Counted from the first letter of the stretch, positions 1 through 12,931 are shown. The stretch is DNA of 60,000 bases from Malacoraja senta (GCA_038087875.1 CM076001.1:1366001-1426000), one strand, 5' to 3'. Numbers and translations: made by a program. The notes: generated by a model from the letters alone, not told the origin.

Positions 1-965
1 TGAGATCACATGGGATCAAGGGTGGGCTGGTCAGTCGGATACAAACTTGGCTTGGTGGAAGGAGTCAGAGTGATAGTGTAGCATCAGATTGGAGACCTGT
101 CACCAGTGGAATCGTGGCATTAGGGTGCCTAATCCCATGTTGTGTGTCAATAATTTGGATGAGAATGTAGATGGAAAGATTAGAAAGTTTGCAAACAACA
201 CTAAAATTGTTAGCATGGTGGATTGTGATGAAGGTTGTCTCAGGTTATATCAAGATTCAGATCTCAACTGGGAAAGACGGCAAAGGAATGGCTTATGGAA
301 TTTACTAAGACAAATGCATAGTGATGCATTTCGGGAAGTTGAACCAGATCACGACTTACACAGTGAATGACAGTCGACACAAGTAGACGAAAGGGAGAAG
401 AAGGAGTATAGCATGCCTGCTTTCAGCGGATGGGGCATTGAGTGCAGGTGATGCGGTGTCATGTTATGGGGTGTTTGTAAGACTGTACCTGAAATGCAAT
501 GTGCTGTTCCGGTAGCCATACTTCAGGAAGGATGGTTTGCACCTAAAGAGGGTGCAGAAAATATTCACATGGATGTTGATGGAACTGACAGGCTGGAGGT
601 ATATGGAGAGACTTGATAGGCTATGATTGTTTTCCACGAAGCAAAGGAGGCTGAGGGATGAACTTACAGAGGTTTATAAAATCTTGAGGGATGCAGACTT
701 TTTTCCAGGGTATAGAAGGTTTAAGGTGAGAGGGGGAAGATTTAAAGAGGAACCTGGGCAGCAGGTTTTTCACATAGAGGATGATGGATATATGGAATGA
801 GCTGCCAGAGGAAGTGGTCGAAGCAAGTACAAGTACAACACTTAGACAGGTTCATGTATAGACAAGATTTAGAGATATGGGCCAACGTAGGCAGTGGGAC
901 TAACAGGTCGGCAAGGACAGATTCCTTCATTCCATTCTGTATAACTATGACATATATCTATGACC
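1..965 (+). mobile_element. CR1-clade LINE fragment (C-terminal RT region and 3' UTR), degraded
   Basis: Degenerate RT motifs (HGIKGGLVSRIQTWL, NNLDENVDGKIRKFANNTKI from KFADDTKI); CR1-type 3' end with a short (ctatga)-like tail near 940-965. Confidence 0.85.
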
Positions 966-2564
966 AACATTGTCAGTAATCCAGTTAAAGAGGCCCCAAC
1001 AAGGAAGTGTATATTGATGTTTGCAGTTGAGGAGTAGGACTACCATAGTGTCGGTCATGTACACATTGGATTCCTCATTTTTATGCTATATTTCGATACT
1101 TGTCTGTGGCAAGTTGCTCATCAGTTGTATTTAATATCTCTTTGGCATTTATGCAGTTCTGGCTTCTCTCATATCCCCACCACTGTTCAGCAGCCAAATA
1201 GTTAAAATCAACTCCCATTAGCATTAGACTGACAGCTCCCTTATTTCTTTATGACTACCTTTCCCTACTAAACGTTTCCACTGAACTAAATTGTTCCACC
1301 ACCCACCCTCAAATCCATTCTTCGTAATCTTTCTAGGAAGGACAGTGGCACCTTTCACAATCTATTATGGATTTATATTCATTTGTTTCTAAGGAACCTT
1401 ATCAGCTTGTCTGAGCATGAAGCCCCAGTCATTAGCCTTTAGCAAATATTCATTTTTAATCTACAGAGCTTCCTTTATTAATTTTCTGACATCTAAAATA
1501 TTCTTCATGCTGCAAGCTTATTGTTTCCAAAGTAAAAATGACTTTCTTTGAATTCAGCAGGTAAAATCTGCTTTACAAGATTTATTAAATCATTACATAT
1601 TTATATTATTTTACATTGATTCCCGATTCAGTTTTACATTTCTGTAATGCATCTAGCATTTTAGCTACAATTTTCTTTTGTACTAAAATACCTTGGTCAC
1701 AGTCTGCACAGGATATTTATCTAATTTGTGTCTTATATTTTGCATAGATCCATGTCACAATTATTGACTTTCCTTAAAAGTGGAAACACTTGGGCTAGAC
1801 ATTGTGCCATGCCTGTAAGTGCATGTTAAGCTGGCAGTGCACTGCAGACAAACTCTTGCAAGGGTCCCCCTACCTACTGCATTCTGCACAAGGCCCAACG
1901 TGTTGTGTGGAATAACATTAATCTTGCAGGTTTTGTGCACACAAAGGCCGTCGCTTCCATTGCGGAGGGACTTGGCGAGGTGTCAAATCACCAATTGTAA
2001 GGCATGGGAGGTGAGGATGAAATGGAGGGAGGCTGGGGACTGGAGGTATGGGAGAAATATGGGAGATATAGGATGGCAATGGCTTCAGTGGGTTAGAGTG
2101 GGAAACCAGGGCCTGGTGAAAAAGAGGTCATGATCAACTGGGTAATAATTGTCCCTGGGGAGAGACGTTAATGGCATGATCACATCAGTGTCCAAAACTG
2201 GCGACTCAAAGAGCAAGTGGGATGAATGTTGAAAATGTTATACTGTGTCCTCTTACAAAACAGCCAATCAGAGGTTACTTCAGTGATAATTTCACATTTG
2301 TCAGGCAGTTAGAAAGCTGATCAATCACCAGCGTGTCTGAAAAGTGTGTAAATACAAACGTGCAATGAGGAAATCACAATGCACAGGGCAATTGGGTGCT
2401 AGAAATCTGACTAAAATCTCAACAACCTTGTCATTAAAAATGACAAGGAAGATAACCTTTCCAGGACTTGAGATTAACTTAGAGGCTGTCATGATATAAA
2501 TTAATGAGTAAGTAATGCCACCAAAGGATGGAATGTAAAGTAAAGACAAAACTTAAATTAAGGA

Positions 2565-2750
2565 GTAGACACAAGGAACTGCAGATGCTGGTATACAAAA
2601 AAAAAAGGCACAGAGTGCTGGAGTAACTCAGAGGGTCAGGCTGCATCTCTGGAGAACATGAATCGATGATATTTCAGGTCGAGACGTCGGCTATCCATTT
2701 TCTCCAGAAATGCTGCCTGAACTACTGAGTTGCTCCAGCACTTTGTCTTA
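2565..2750. mobile_element. Short palindromic Penelope-end-derived element
   Basis: gaactgcagatgctgg...gtgctggagtaactcag...gcatctctggagaa followed by its inverted copy ttctccagaaatgctgcctgaactactgagttgctccagcac; same family recurs many times in the window. Confidence 0.7.
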
Positions 2751-3615
2751 AATTAAAGATGTCCACTGAGGCAGAGAATAGTTGGTGCACAAGCAGCAGC
2801 AACAAACACAATCCAATCACATAGTGAGGTCTAGTTAATTAAAGCATTGTTAACATTAAAGGTCCTGCTATTCTGACAACTGCAATGACACAAAGGAGAT
2901 TTTTTCTAAGTGGTCTCATAACATTTGCAACTTGCCTGCTACAACAGCACTTCATTGTGATATCAGTGGTATAATCTTAGAACTGGGAATGTGAACATCT
3001 GTGCCTTCTTCACATGCAAATCTGTTGTTAATTGGATTGTGATTGATTGACAGTCCTACATTAATTCAATGTAATAAAGAGTAAGCCTTTTTGATGTATG
3101 TTAAACAAGCCTTTTTGCGGTATTTTAGGTACGATGCCTGATGACACTGAAAGCATGTTGCATGAGCATGTTGGCTTTGGTTGACACTATATAACTAAAA
3201 TTATTATCTTGACCACTTCCTGTCTGCGCTGTATATTGATTTTTTTTTAAACGCAGTCATATATCGCTATGATTTTTGGCTATCTTACTCACAGTCCTCC
3301 CCCGAGGCAGCCCCGAGGATTTTTCTGATCGATGTAAAATAAAAAAGTTATGAGTGTTTAAAATATCTTGCGATCAGCTGATTGGTCCTCTCGCCTGTCA
3401 ATCACCACGATGAAGGTAAAGCCTCTTCGGGGGAGGGGGGGGACAGGACTACAAAGCCCCAGATGCCTGGACGTGAGTCAGTCACTCTGGAAGATCGCAA
3501 GGGGGAGTACACAACTGTCATTCTAAGCTGTGAATCAACTGAACTGTGAGTCTGCAATGTACTTGCAATAAGTGATTTGTTAGCCCTTAATGACAATGCA
3601 ATGAGTTGTTTCGCA

Positions 3616-4418
3616 ATTTGGTGGCCTGCACTCTGCTTGAAATGCTATGCAATTGAATGTGGTGGCCTGCACTCTGCTTGAAATGCTATGAAATTGAATG
3701 TGGTGGCCTGCACTCTGCTTGAAATGCTATGAAATTTAATGTGGTGGCCTGCACTCAGCTTGAAATGCTATGAAATTGAATGTGGTGGCCTGCACTCTGC
3801 TTGAAATGCTATGAAATCGAATGTGGTGGCCTGTGCTCTGCTTGAAATGCTATGAAATCGAATGTGGTGGCCTGCACTGCTTGAAATGCTATGAAATCGA
3901 ATGTGGTGGCCTGCACTCTGCTTGAAATGCTATGAAATCGAATGTGGTGGCCTGCACTCAGCTTGAAATGCTATGAAATTGAATGTGGTGGCCTGCACTC
4001 GGGTTGAAATGCTATGAAATTGAATGTGGTGGCCTGCACTCTGCTTGAAATGCTATGAAATTGAATGTGGTGTCCTGCACTCTGCTTGAAATGCTATGAA
4101 ATTGAATTTGGTGGCCTGCACTCTGCTTGAAATGCTATGAAATCGAATGTGGTGGCCTGCACTGCTTGAAATGCTATGAAATCGAATGTGGTGGCTGCAC
4201 TCTGCTTGAAATGCTATGAAATCGAATGTGGTGGCCTGCACTGCTTGAAATGCTATGAAATCGAATGTGGTGGCTGCACTCTGCTTGAAATGCTATGAAA
4301 TCGAATGTGGTGGCCTGCACTCTGCTTGAAATGCTATGAAATCTAATGTGGTAGCCTGCACTCTGCTTGAAATGCTATGAAATTGAATTTGGTGGCCTAC
4401 ACTCTGCTTGAAATGGAA
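3616..4418. repeat. 41-bp tandem array, about 20 copies (gaatgtggtggcctgcactctgcttgaaatgctatgaaatt)
   Basis: Directly visible; period 41 (gtggcc at 3621 and 3662), some units shortened by 1-2 bp. Confidence 0.97.
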
Positions 4419-4434
4419 TTTCAAGGAATAGGTG

Positions 4435-4660
4435 TGAGTGAACAAGCCCACCAGCCCTGAGTGACTGATCTGCCCGCCCACCAGCCCCCGGTGACTGAGC
4501 TGCCAGCCCACCAGCCCTGAGTGACTGAGCTGCCAGCCCACCAGCCCTGAGTGACTCAGCTGCCAGCCCACCAGGCCTGAATGACTGAGCTGCCAGCCTA
4601 CCAGGCCTGAGTGACTGAGCTGCCAGCCTACCAGGCCAGAGTGACTGAGCTGCCAGCCCA
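4435..4660. repeat. 30-bp tandem array, about 7.5 copies (gagtgactgagctgccagcccaccagccct)
   Basis: Directly visible; gives the repetitive ORF translation (GWQLSHSGLV)n. Confidence 0.95.
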
Positions 4661-4853
4661 AAAATACATTCGGCCCACAATGTGCATACTAGCCCTCTGG
4701 AAACGAGTCTCTTTGGCCCACAACACCCATACTATTGCTCCAGAAAGCCCCCACTGGCCACCAATATTGGAATTGGTGGAGAGGTGGAATATTGCGTGTG
4801 GGGACCAGCCCTCCTGTGTGAACATGGGACCCAACGGGTCCCACTTAGTCTAC

Positions 4854-4876
4854 TATATATATATATATATATATAT
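4854..4876. repeat. (TA)n microsatellite
   Basis: Directly visible. Confidence 0.95.
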
Positions 4877-6301
4877 TGTGAAGGTATTCATTGGAGGGGC
4901 TGCTATCATTTCTCTTGCTCCCGATTCAGTCAAATTGGACTTCATTGCAAGTTATACATCATGAAATTGTGAAGAAAGATTTTGCCTGAAACACCTGTAC
5001 TTACAAGATTGCTTTTTTGTTTTTGTATGAACAATGCCTACTCCTTGATAACAAAAGCTTTACGCAGCTGGTTTTCCACTGGCTCCACATTGACGAAACC
5101 AACCATTCAGAGGTAGAATGGCAAAACTGCCCTTCTTTCTGTTTTTTTTGTAAACCATACTGAATTTAGTCATTTGAAATCGCTTTGTAGCCAATCTAGC
5201 TAGGATGGCAGATTGTTAATGGATTCCCTTTGATTGGGCTGGTATCCTTATTTTTTCACCAGCAATGTATTACATGGCCGTCCGAAGGGGGGGGGGTGCA
5301 TTGGGTGTGGTCGCACCCCACTTTTTTTCCCCAGAGTAAAAAAAAATCCTGAGGAAAAAAAAAATTGGAGCACAATCAGCTTTCCACTTTGACGGAAATT
5401 ACCCGAAATTCTGGTTCCGGCCCGCTGGATGATTTGGAGGGGAAAAAAATTGCGACCATGTGCAGTTGGGGGAAGCCGGTGACACAGTAGCGACGCAAAA
5501 TGACGCTGTCTCTCCGCGCGTGCACAGTGGGTCCGGGCGGAATCAGATCACCATTTTCACTCCACACAATCAGAGATCGCCTCGACGCCTTGTGTCTACG
5601 CTGGGTAAGTAGTGGAATATTGCGTTGCGGGAGGGGGAGTCTTTTTTATCCTGGGTGGCAAACTACCCGCAAGGCGTCCAATCCGGCCCGCGGGCCCCCC
5701 ACCCCCGCCGGGCGCACGCCACCCCGCCGGGCCCACGCCCCCCTCCTCCCCCCCCCCCCACCACTGGGCCCACACCACCTTCCACCCTTGCCGGCCCCAC
5801 GCCACCCCGCCGGGCCCACGCCTGATTGGCTTGTATGGGCTGCCGCCCCCCAACCATCTAGTTTTGCGCCACAGGGTCCAATCAGGTATAAAAGAATGAA
5901 CCACATGGATTGGGGTCGATCTTCTGGGGTTACACTTAGGACCGTGCTAACTTGCTGGAGGTGTCTGCTCGCACGATGCTGAAGGGCTTGGACGAGTAGA
6001 GACAAGGATCGGACCCGCGGTGTGGTTAGGTATCGTATAGGAAGTTTGTTTTGGTTTGGGAAGAATAAAGAATTAGTTGATCCAGTGATTGACTCGGTGT
6101 TTTACTGAACTAGACTAAGGGGTAAGCTGTAGAAGCATAATTACATTATATGTGACTTGCAATCTGATGAAGTTTGTGTACAGTACTCTCTCACTCTGGA
6201 TATGACCTGAGAAGAAAGACCATGACCTCTGACCTACATATGAAGCGTCATGCGTATGGTTATAGAGATTATGCGTATAATTGTTTTTTATTTTATTTTA
6301 G

Positions 6302-8376
6302 GACCAAAGGAGGTACCATTGCAAAAGGTTGACTATGATGAAGAAATTCTAAAGCATACTCCTTCATCCTCTCCTACTTGCATGCCATCTCCAGCCACCT
6401 CAAGTGCCATGCCTCCCTCATCAGCCAATATGCCATCTGGACCCATATCTACCACATCTCCTGCGCCTGGATCAACAGGTAGCCAGCCAGTACCACCCGT
6501 GCCTGGATCGACAGGTAGACAGCCATTACTACCTACGCCTGGATCAACAGATAGCCAGCTAGTTCCATCTGTGCCTGGATCGACAGGTAGCCAGCCAGCA
6601 CCTGCACCTGGATCGACATGTACCCAGCCAGCACCTCATGTGCCTCGATCAACATGTACCCAGCCAGCACCTCCTGCGCCTCTGTTCAACAGCATTAGTG
6701 TCATTGGTACTCTCCTTAATTCTACCACAACCATTGAAGAAGCTGCTAAAGCTATTGCCAACCTATCAGATGCTCAGCTGTACCTCATACAGAATCACTT
6801 TAAACCGGGTCTAACATGCAAATATTGTGCCTTCTGTAAGAATGGATGCTGGCGAAGATTTAACCGTGACTGGTTTCGAGCATACCCCTGGCTTGTATAT
6901 AGCGATCATGTGGATGGCATCTTTTGCCTACCTTGAGCCTTGTTTGTGAACAACAGGAAATCACTTGGGCAGTTTGTCAACCAGCCATTCAATAACTGGA
7001 ACAAACATAATGAAAAGGCAGTTGGACATGCCAAGAAAAAATACCACATAGAAGCTGTCAGTGAAGCTGAGGGACACGTCGACAAGATGACCTGACCACA
7101 GGTCAATATTAGGCATAATATTGACCAAACCAAGGCTAAAAGAACAGCAACTAACAGGCATGTTGTCAGGCAGCTAGCTAGGGGAATCATGTTCTGTGCA
7201 AAACAGAACATTGCCTTGCGTGGGACAGAGGAGCAGTACAGCCAGCATGAAACCAACCCCGGCAATTCTATAGCTATTCTAAGACAACTTGCACACTATG
7301 ATGAAGTTCTGCAAACACACTTACAGAACAAGCGCACCAATGCACGGTATACAAGCCCAAGAATCCAAAATTAAATCCTAGATGTCTTGGCAAGCTTCAT
7401 CATGGACAAGCTTGTTGGATAAATTCACAAAGCCAAGTACTATGGAATCATGGCAGATGAAGTGACATCACATAACAGAGAATTTATGCCCCTCTGCATA
7501 AGATTTGTGGACGAAAATATGTACATTAAAGAGGAGTTCTTGGAGTTTACCTTTCTAGAAAGGATTCGAGGTGTTGATGTTGATGCGGCCATTGTTTCCT
7601 CTTTGGAGAAGAAACAAATACCCCTGGAAGACATGCTATGTCTGGAAGACAAGGGGTTGCTATGACAAGGCGGCAAATATGGCTAGCGATACATTTGCTG
7701 GCCTGCCACGAGTGTCCGTCGCCTGTATCACTACACCAGGACTTCCATGAGCAATGACAGTCTGTCTGCACTCGCCTTAATGTACATTCACTGTGACTTT
7801 GCGCATAACTTGGACAAAGCGGTGACTAGGTTTGCGCAGTTACATTCTTGGAAAATGGAAATGGAAAAACATGATTTATGGCTAAATGCTGGCTTGCCAC
7901 GGGTGTCTGTCGCCTGCATCACTACACCAGGACTTCCATGAGCAATCACAGTCTGCACTCGCCTTAATGTACATTCACTGTGACTTTGCCCATAACTTGG
8001 ACAAAGTGGTGACTAGGTTTGCGCAGTTACATTCTCGGAAAATGGAACTGGAAAATGTGATTTGTGGCTAAATGGCATATCTGCTGGTCTGCCAAGAATG
8101 TCCGATGCCTTCATCACTACACCAGGACTTCCATGAGCAATGACAGGTTGTCTGCAATCGCCTTAATCCACATTTACTATGACTTTGCTCATAATTTGGA
8201 CAAAGTGGTTACTAGGTTTGCGCAGTTACATTCTTGGAAAATGGAACTGGAAAAACAGGATTTATGGCTAAATGGCAATATATGCAGGCCTGCCACGTGT
8301 GTCCGTCACCTGTATCACTACACCAGGACTTCCATGAGCAATGACAGCAAAATGGAACTGCAAAATGTGATTGGCA
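6302..8376 (+). pseudogene. hAT transposase pseudogene (TTF-type zinc finger, DUF4371-like region, dimerisation domain)
   Basis: RRFNRDWFRAYPWLVYSDHVDGIFCLP*; FCAKQNIALRG; ARYTSPRIQN*; GIMADEVT..FMPLCIRFVD..IKEEFLEF; frameshifted CYDKAANM; then RTSMSNDSLSALALMYIH. Multiple in-frame stops. Confidence 0.9.
7695..8376 (+). repeat. About 195-bp unit repeated about 3.5 times (hAT dimerisation-domain coding segment)
   Basis: Units start near 7695, 7887, 8082 and 8283; each has cactacaccaggacttccatgagcaat. Confidence 0.92.
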
Positions 8377-8385
8377 TGATGCTGC

Positions 8386-8492
8386 CAAGTCAAGTCAAGT
8401 CAAGGTAACTCAAGTTTATTTGTCACATACACATACAAGATGTGCAGTGAAATGAAAGTGGCAATGTCTGCGGATTGTGCAAAACAACAGAA
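8386..8492 (-). mobile_element. Short LINE 3' tail (Rex1/L2-type) inserted in the hAT element
   Basis: (caagt)n tail followed by tttatttgtcacatacacatacaagatgtgcagtgaaat, the reverse complement of a typical tttcactg...tgacaaataaa LINE end. Confidence 0.6.
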
Positions 8493-9161
8493 CAGGTGCT
8501 CCTGAATGTATATTGCCATTTACCACTACTTCTACTATTGCAAGGGCATTCGTTGGCCTTAGCCTATATACCAACCCTGGTTCCACAAACAGCGCAAATC
8601 CTGTCATGCCACCCCCCTTTTTGAAAATCTTCGTACGGGCCTGTATTTGCTCTAATGGATCACAGTTTCAAACCTTTCCATGAAAAGTGGTGCAACTTAG
8701 TAATGGCTTCTTTCCTCAGACATCACTCTTCAATAAATTGCAAGTATCTTTTCTTTGTACTAAACATCTTGCAGCTGTGGTTATTACCTTCTTTTCAACC
8801 TTTTTTTCTTTAATCTCAACTCTGATCCTGTGACATTTTCAGTGAAACCTGAGAGGCCACAACAGTTAGACGTCTCATACTCCTGATCCAGTTGAGTAGT
8901 GGAACAGACTCCAAATCACCCTTTGCCAAGCCTGTGGCAGCTTCAACAGTTCCAGTTGCATCAGGACTATGGTGTTCATAGCACTGCACATCATGGAATT
9001 TGCTGAAATGACTTTCACACAACTTTGGTGCCAAAGGAACACGTTGGTGTTAAACTTGGTAAATCTCATGGCCAATTACATATTGGTAATTAGCAACTCA
9101 GCTAGAAAAAACAGCTAATGTAGAGCTTTGCTAATGAAGATCTATCATCGAATGTGAACTG

Positions 9162-9270
9162 GAGACAAGGAACTGCAGATGCTGGAATCTTGCATAGACC
9201 ACAAAGTGCTGGAGTAACTCAGCTGGTCAGACAACATTTCTGAAGAACATAGAGTGGCAACTTTTCAGGT
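9162..9270 (-). mobile_element. Penelope-end-derived short element
   Basis: aaggaactgcagatgctggaatct...caaagtgctggagtaactcagctggtcag family signature. Confidence 0.7.
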
Positions 9271-10329
9271 TGCCGATTCGTCCCAGGATAATTTATGTGG
9301 GAAATGTGCGAGAAAGTCTTTCTCCTGAGTTTAGGATGAATTAGTCTTTGGTATTCTCTCTTACAAGGGGCACCATCATTGAGTACAAAGGTTTCTTTTA
9401 TTAGAAAAGACTGCTCACAACATACTGTTAAGGTGAAAGTTTGTAAGTGTGCATAATTTTATTTCCAAACTATTGAAGACCTATAACAGGAAATGCAAAC
9501 TCAACTGAACAAACAATAAAATAAAAAATAAAAAATAATATTTATTACTCACGAAATAGGCAAAACCTTTTTTTAAACTACATAAAATAAACCAGAGATG
9601 GAAGAACTTAGAAGGTACTGAATGTTTCTGAGTGCATTTAAAGTAACTCATTTGCTTTGCAATGCCAAGGGACCACAATTCATTCAGACAGCTTAAAGAG
9701 TGTTGTGTGAATGATTGAAATGATGGACCTGGCTCTTATTATATGGGTGGTTAGTTAAAGATACATTTCTTGGTTACATTACACTATCTATTCAGGCAGA
9801 GCGTGGAAAGGTCAAGATTGCAAATAATATACAATAGAGTTATAAATCAGAGAATTAATACATAAAAAGAATTGTCTGCTTTTATAAAATGATTGAAGAG
9901 CCATTTGTCTTTTCCCCCTGAAACTTATATCTTGCTAACATCGTAAAGCATTTGATCCAGACCATACTGTAAACATTGGGCACTAGAAATCAAATCGCAA
10001 AGCACTGTTTATTTCATCGTGATTGAAAATGTACTTTAAATGGGTAATACACGACTATTGCTATTTTCAGAAGTTCGATTGTGCCATGTCCCCGCTGAGA
10101 TGCATAACAAAAGCAGTCAAGAAAATTGGACGTTTCAGGAAGAGATCGTTGTTGCACATTCCCAGAACAACCAGGTCTTCCTTGCCCAATTGGGACTGGG
10201 ACCCCACTCCCATAGATAGTGAGAATGTGATCTATACACTACCAATAGTAGATAAAGACTTTCCAGTTATGTTTGCAACAATCGTTGAGACACAAAGAAA
10301 GATACCTTTCTGCAACAAATCTCTGAGTG

Positions 10330-10595
10330 TATTCTCAGAGTTGGCACTGGTCCACGTTTAAGGTGAGGAATAAGTGGTTTAAAGAGAATCTGAGGAAATG
10401 TTTTATTCACCTAGAGGGTGGTTGCAGTCTCGAAGGCGCTGCCCGAGAAGGTGGAGGAGACAGGAATTCTCACGTTTAAGAACCATCAGGATTTGAATCG
10501 CCAACCCATACTAAAGAGTATTTGCTGATAAATGGGATGAATAGAGATAGGTGCTCGATGGCTGACATAGGCATATTGGGCCAAAGGACCTATTG
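10330..10595 (+). mobile_element. Old CR1 3' fragment
   Basis: gtttaaggtgag...tttaaagagaatctgagg...attcacctagagggtggttg...tgggccaaaggacct resembles the CR1 3' ends elsewhere in the window. Confidence 0.6.
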
Positions 10596-11182
10596 TAAGA
10601 CACAATTACCATTTCAAATAAGTGTTGAAATATGGATGTGCAAACTGTCTACAATAGAATATTCACTAGACCACTGTCAAAGACGTCTGATGTGAAGGCA
10701 TGGAGTAGTCATTCCATAAGTTCTGAGAAGACAAATCTTAGATGAATTAACCACAGAATATCAAGGCTGATACCAGAAACTTTGTATACTGATATAGATC
10801 TGAAACGTTTAGAACCTACAATGAGTCAAGGCTACAAAAAAGAAGAACACTAAAAAACCACCATCATATATATAGGGGGTTAGAGGGAAGGACAGACTTG
10901 ACCATCTTAGAGAGTCCATATCACCTCTTGCCTGAGAGAGAACAATAACAGGTGCTCATCCTAAATGGTATGATGTATAATCAACAGCAAACGCTCTTAA
11001 GAAATTGAGAGATTTCTGCAAATCATTGTTTGCCTTGTATCAGATAACAGATTTCATTTCAAGTCATATGTGCTTGAAAATTAAATAAGAGAGGAAAAAT
11101 ATCAAAGTTCCAATTTTCTAATAGTGCAGCTGAAGTACTCATTGCCAAAGAAATATTTCAAGAAACAACCTCTCAAGATTGT

Positions 11183-11296
11183 GAACAAGAGACTGCAGAT
11201 GCTGGAATCTAGAGCAAAACACAAACTGCTGGGGGAGCTCAATGGATCAGGCAGCATCTGTGGAGGGAAATCGATCAGGACCCTTCTTTAGACTGA
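11183..11296 (-). mobile_element. Penelope-end-derived short element
   Basis: gactgcagatgctggaatct...tcaggcagcatctgtggagggaa...gacccttctttagactg. Confidence 0.7.
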
Positions 11297-11318
11297 TCAG
11301 ATCAAACAGAAGAAAGAT

Positions 11319-12733
11319 CATAAGTGATAGGAGCAGAATTAGGCCATTTGGCCCATCAAGTATTCTCCATTCAGTCATGGCTGATCTATCTCCATCCTAA
11401 CCTCATTCTCCTGCCTTCTCCCCATAACTTCTGACACCTATAATAATCAAGAATCTATCCATCTCTGCCTTAAATATATCCACTAACTTGGCCTCCACAG
11501 CCTTCTGTGGCAAAGAATTCCACAGATTCACCTTTCTGACTAAAGAAATTCCTCCTCATCTCCTTCCTAACAGAACATCCTTTAATTCTGAGGCTATGAC
11601 CTCTAGCCCTAGATTCTCCCACTAGTGGAAATATCCTCTCCACATCCACTCTATCCAAGCCTTTCACTATTCTGTATGTTTCAATAAGGTCCCCCCTCAT
11701 TCTTCTAAACTCCAGCGAGTACAGGCCCAGTGTCGTCAAACGCTCATCATATGTTAACCTACTCATTCCTGTGATCATTCTTGTAAACCTCCTCTGGACT
11801 CTCTCCAGAGCCAGCACATCTTTCCTCAGATATGGTGCCCAAAATTGCTCACAATATTCCAAATGCGGCCTCACCAGCACCTTATAGAGCCTCAGCATTA
11901 CATCCCTGTTTTCTATACAAGCCATCTCGAAATAAATACTAGCATTGTGTTTGCTTTATTTACTACCGATTCGACTTGCAGATTAACTTTTTGGGAATCC
12001 TGCACCAGCAAAGTCCCTTTGCACCTCCGATTTCTGGATTATCTCCCAATTTAGAAAATAATTTACGCCTTTATTCCCACTACCAAAATGCATAACTCCA
12101 CACTTTGCTACACTTCCCTGCCCACTCTTCCAACCCATCCAAGTCCTTTTGCAGAGTCCCTGCTTTCTCTGTACTACCTGCCCCTCCACCTATTTTCGTA
12201 TAATCCGCAAATTTGGCCACAAAGCCTTCAATCCCCTCATCCAAATCATTAATATATAATGAGCAGAGGCCCCAGCACCGAGCCCTGCGGAACTCTGCTA
12301 GTCACTGGCATCCAACCAAAACCCATTTATTGCCACTCTTTGCCTTCTGCCATCCATGCTAGTGTCTGCCATTTGATACCATGGGCTCTCACCTTCCTTA
12401 GCATCCTTCCGTATGGCACCTTATCAAAGGCTTTCTGAAAATCAAGGTAAAGAATATCTGCTGACTCTCCTTTGTCTGTCCTGCTAATTGCTTCTTCAAA
12501 GAATTCCAGCAAATTTGTCAGGCAAGACCTCCCCTTCACAAAGCCAGGCCTGTTTTGTCATGAACTTCTAAGTACTCCGTTACTTCATCCTTTATAATGG
12601 ACTCTAAAATCTTACCAACCACCGAAGTCAGACCTATAGTTCACACTATTCTGCCTTGCTCCCTTCTTGTGCAGCGGGGTAATATTGGCAATTTTCCAAT
12701 CATCTGGAACCACTCCTGACTCTAGTGATTCTT
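11319..12733 (-). mobile_element. CR1 LINE, 5'-truncated (RT domain to 3' UTR), frameshifted
   Basis: [66 protein letters not shown]. Confidence 0.95.
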
Positions 12734-12881
12734 GAATTATCACAATCAATGCCTTGACTTGGTTTCAACCTGAAATATTGTCTATGAATTTCACTCCACA
12801 GATGCTTCCTGACCCACAGAATTTCTTTGAAGATTGTTATAATATGGCCACAAATTATCATTCAAATAATGTTCTACTCAA

Positions 12882-12882
<1 letters not shown>

Positions 12883-12931
<49 letters not shown>
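12883..12931. repeat. (TA)n(CA)n compound microsatellite
   Basis: Directly visible. Confidence 0.95.

Larger units (their letters stand above)
3187..4853 (+). mobile_element. Non-autonomous Helitron-like element containing tandem arrays
   Basis: 5' end ctatataactaaaa resembles a Helitron TC-TATA start (T missing); subterminal hairpin tgggaccc-aac-gggtccca (4825-4843) lies just before terminal ctac (variant of CTRR); no TIR or TSD. Confidence 0.7.
5273..8643 (+). mobile_element. hAT-superfamily DNA transposon (ZMYM1/PRKRIR/Tip100-like), decayed and internally deleted
   Basis: Imperfect 15-bp TIRs catggccgtccgaag (5273) and cttcgtacgggcctg (ends 8643), 12/15 match; internal transposase relic; no clean 8-bp TSD. 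Confidence 0.8.

Noticed and set aside
3616..4418. CRISPR-like regular repeat
   Set aside because: Units are head-to-tail with no unique spacers; no cas genes; eukaryotic context
5500..6005. Overlapping Pro/Gly-rich ORFs
   Set aside because: By-product of a GC-rich, stop-poor TE subterminal region with internal duplications; no recognisable domain
6250..7665. Host ZMYM1/PRKRIR-like gene
   Set aside because: Multiple in-frame stops, a large internal deletion and enclosing TIRs indicate a dead transposon rather than a domesticated gene
5265..8651. 8-bp TSD for the large hAT element
   Set aside because: Flanks atgtatta and tatttgct do not match; only a partial match if the boundary is shifted
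10023..10361. 112-aa ORF as a host exon
   Set aside because: No recognisable protein similarity; its end runs into a CR1 fragment
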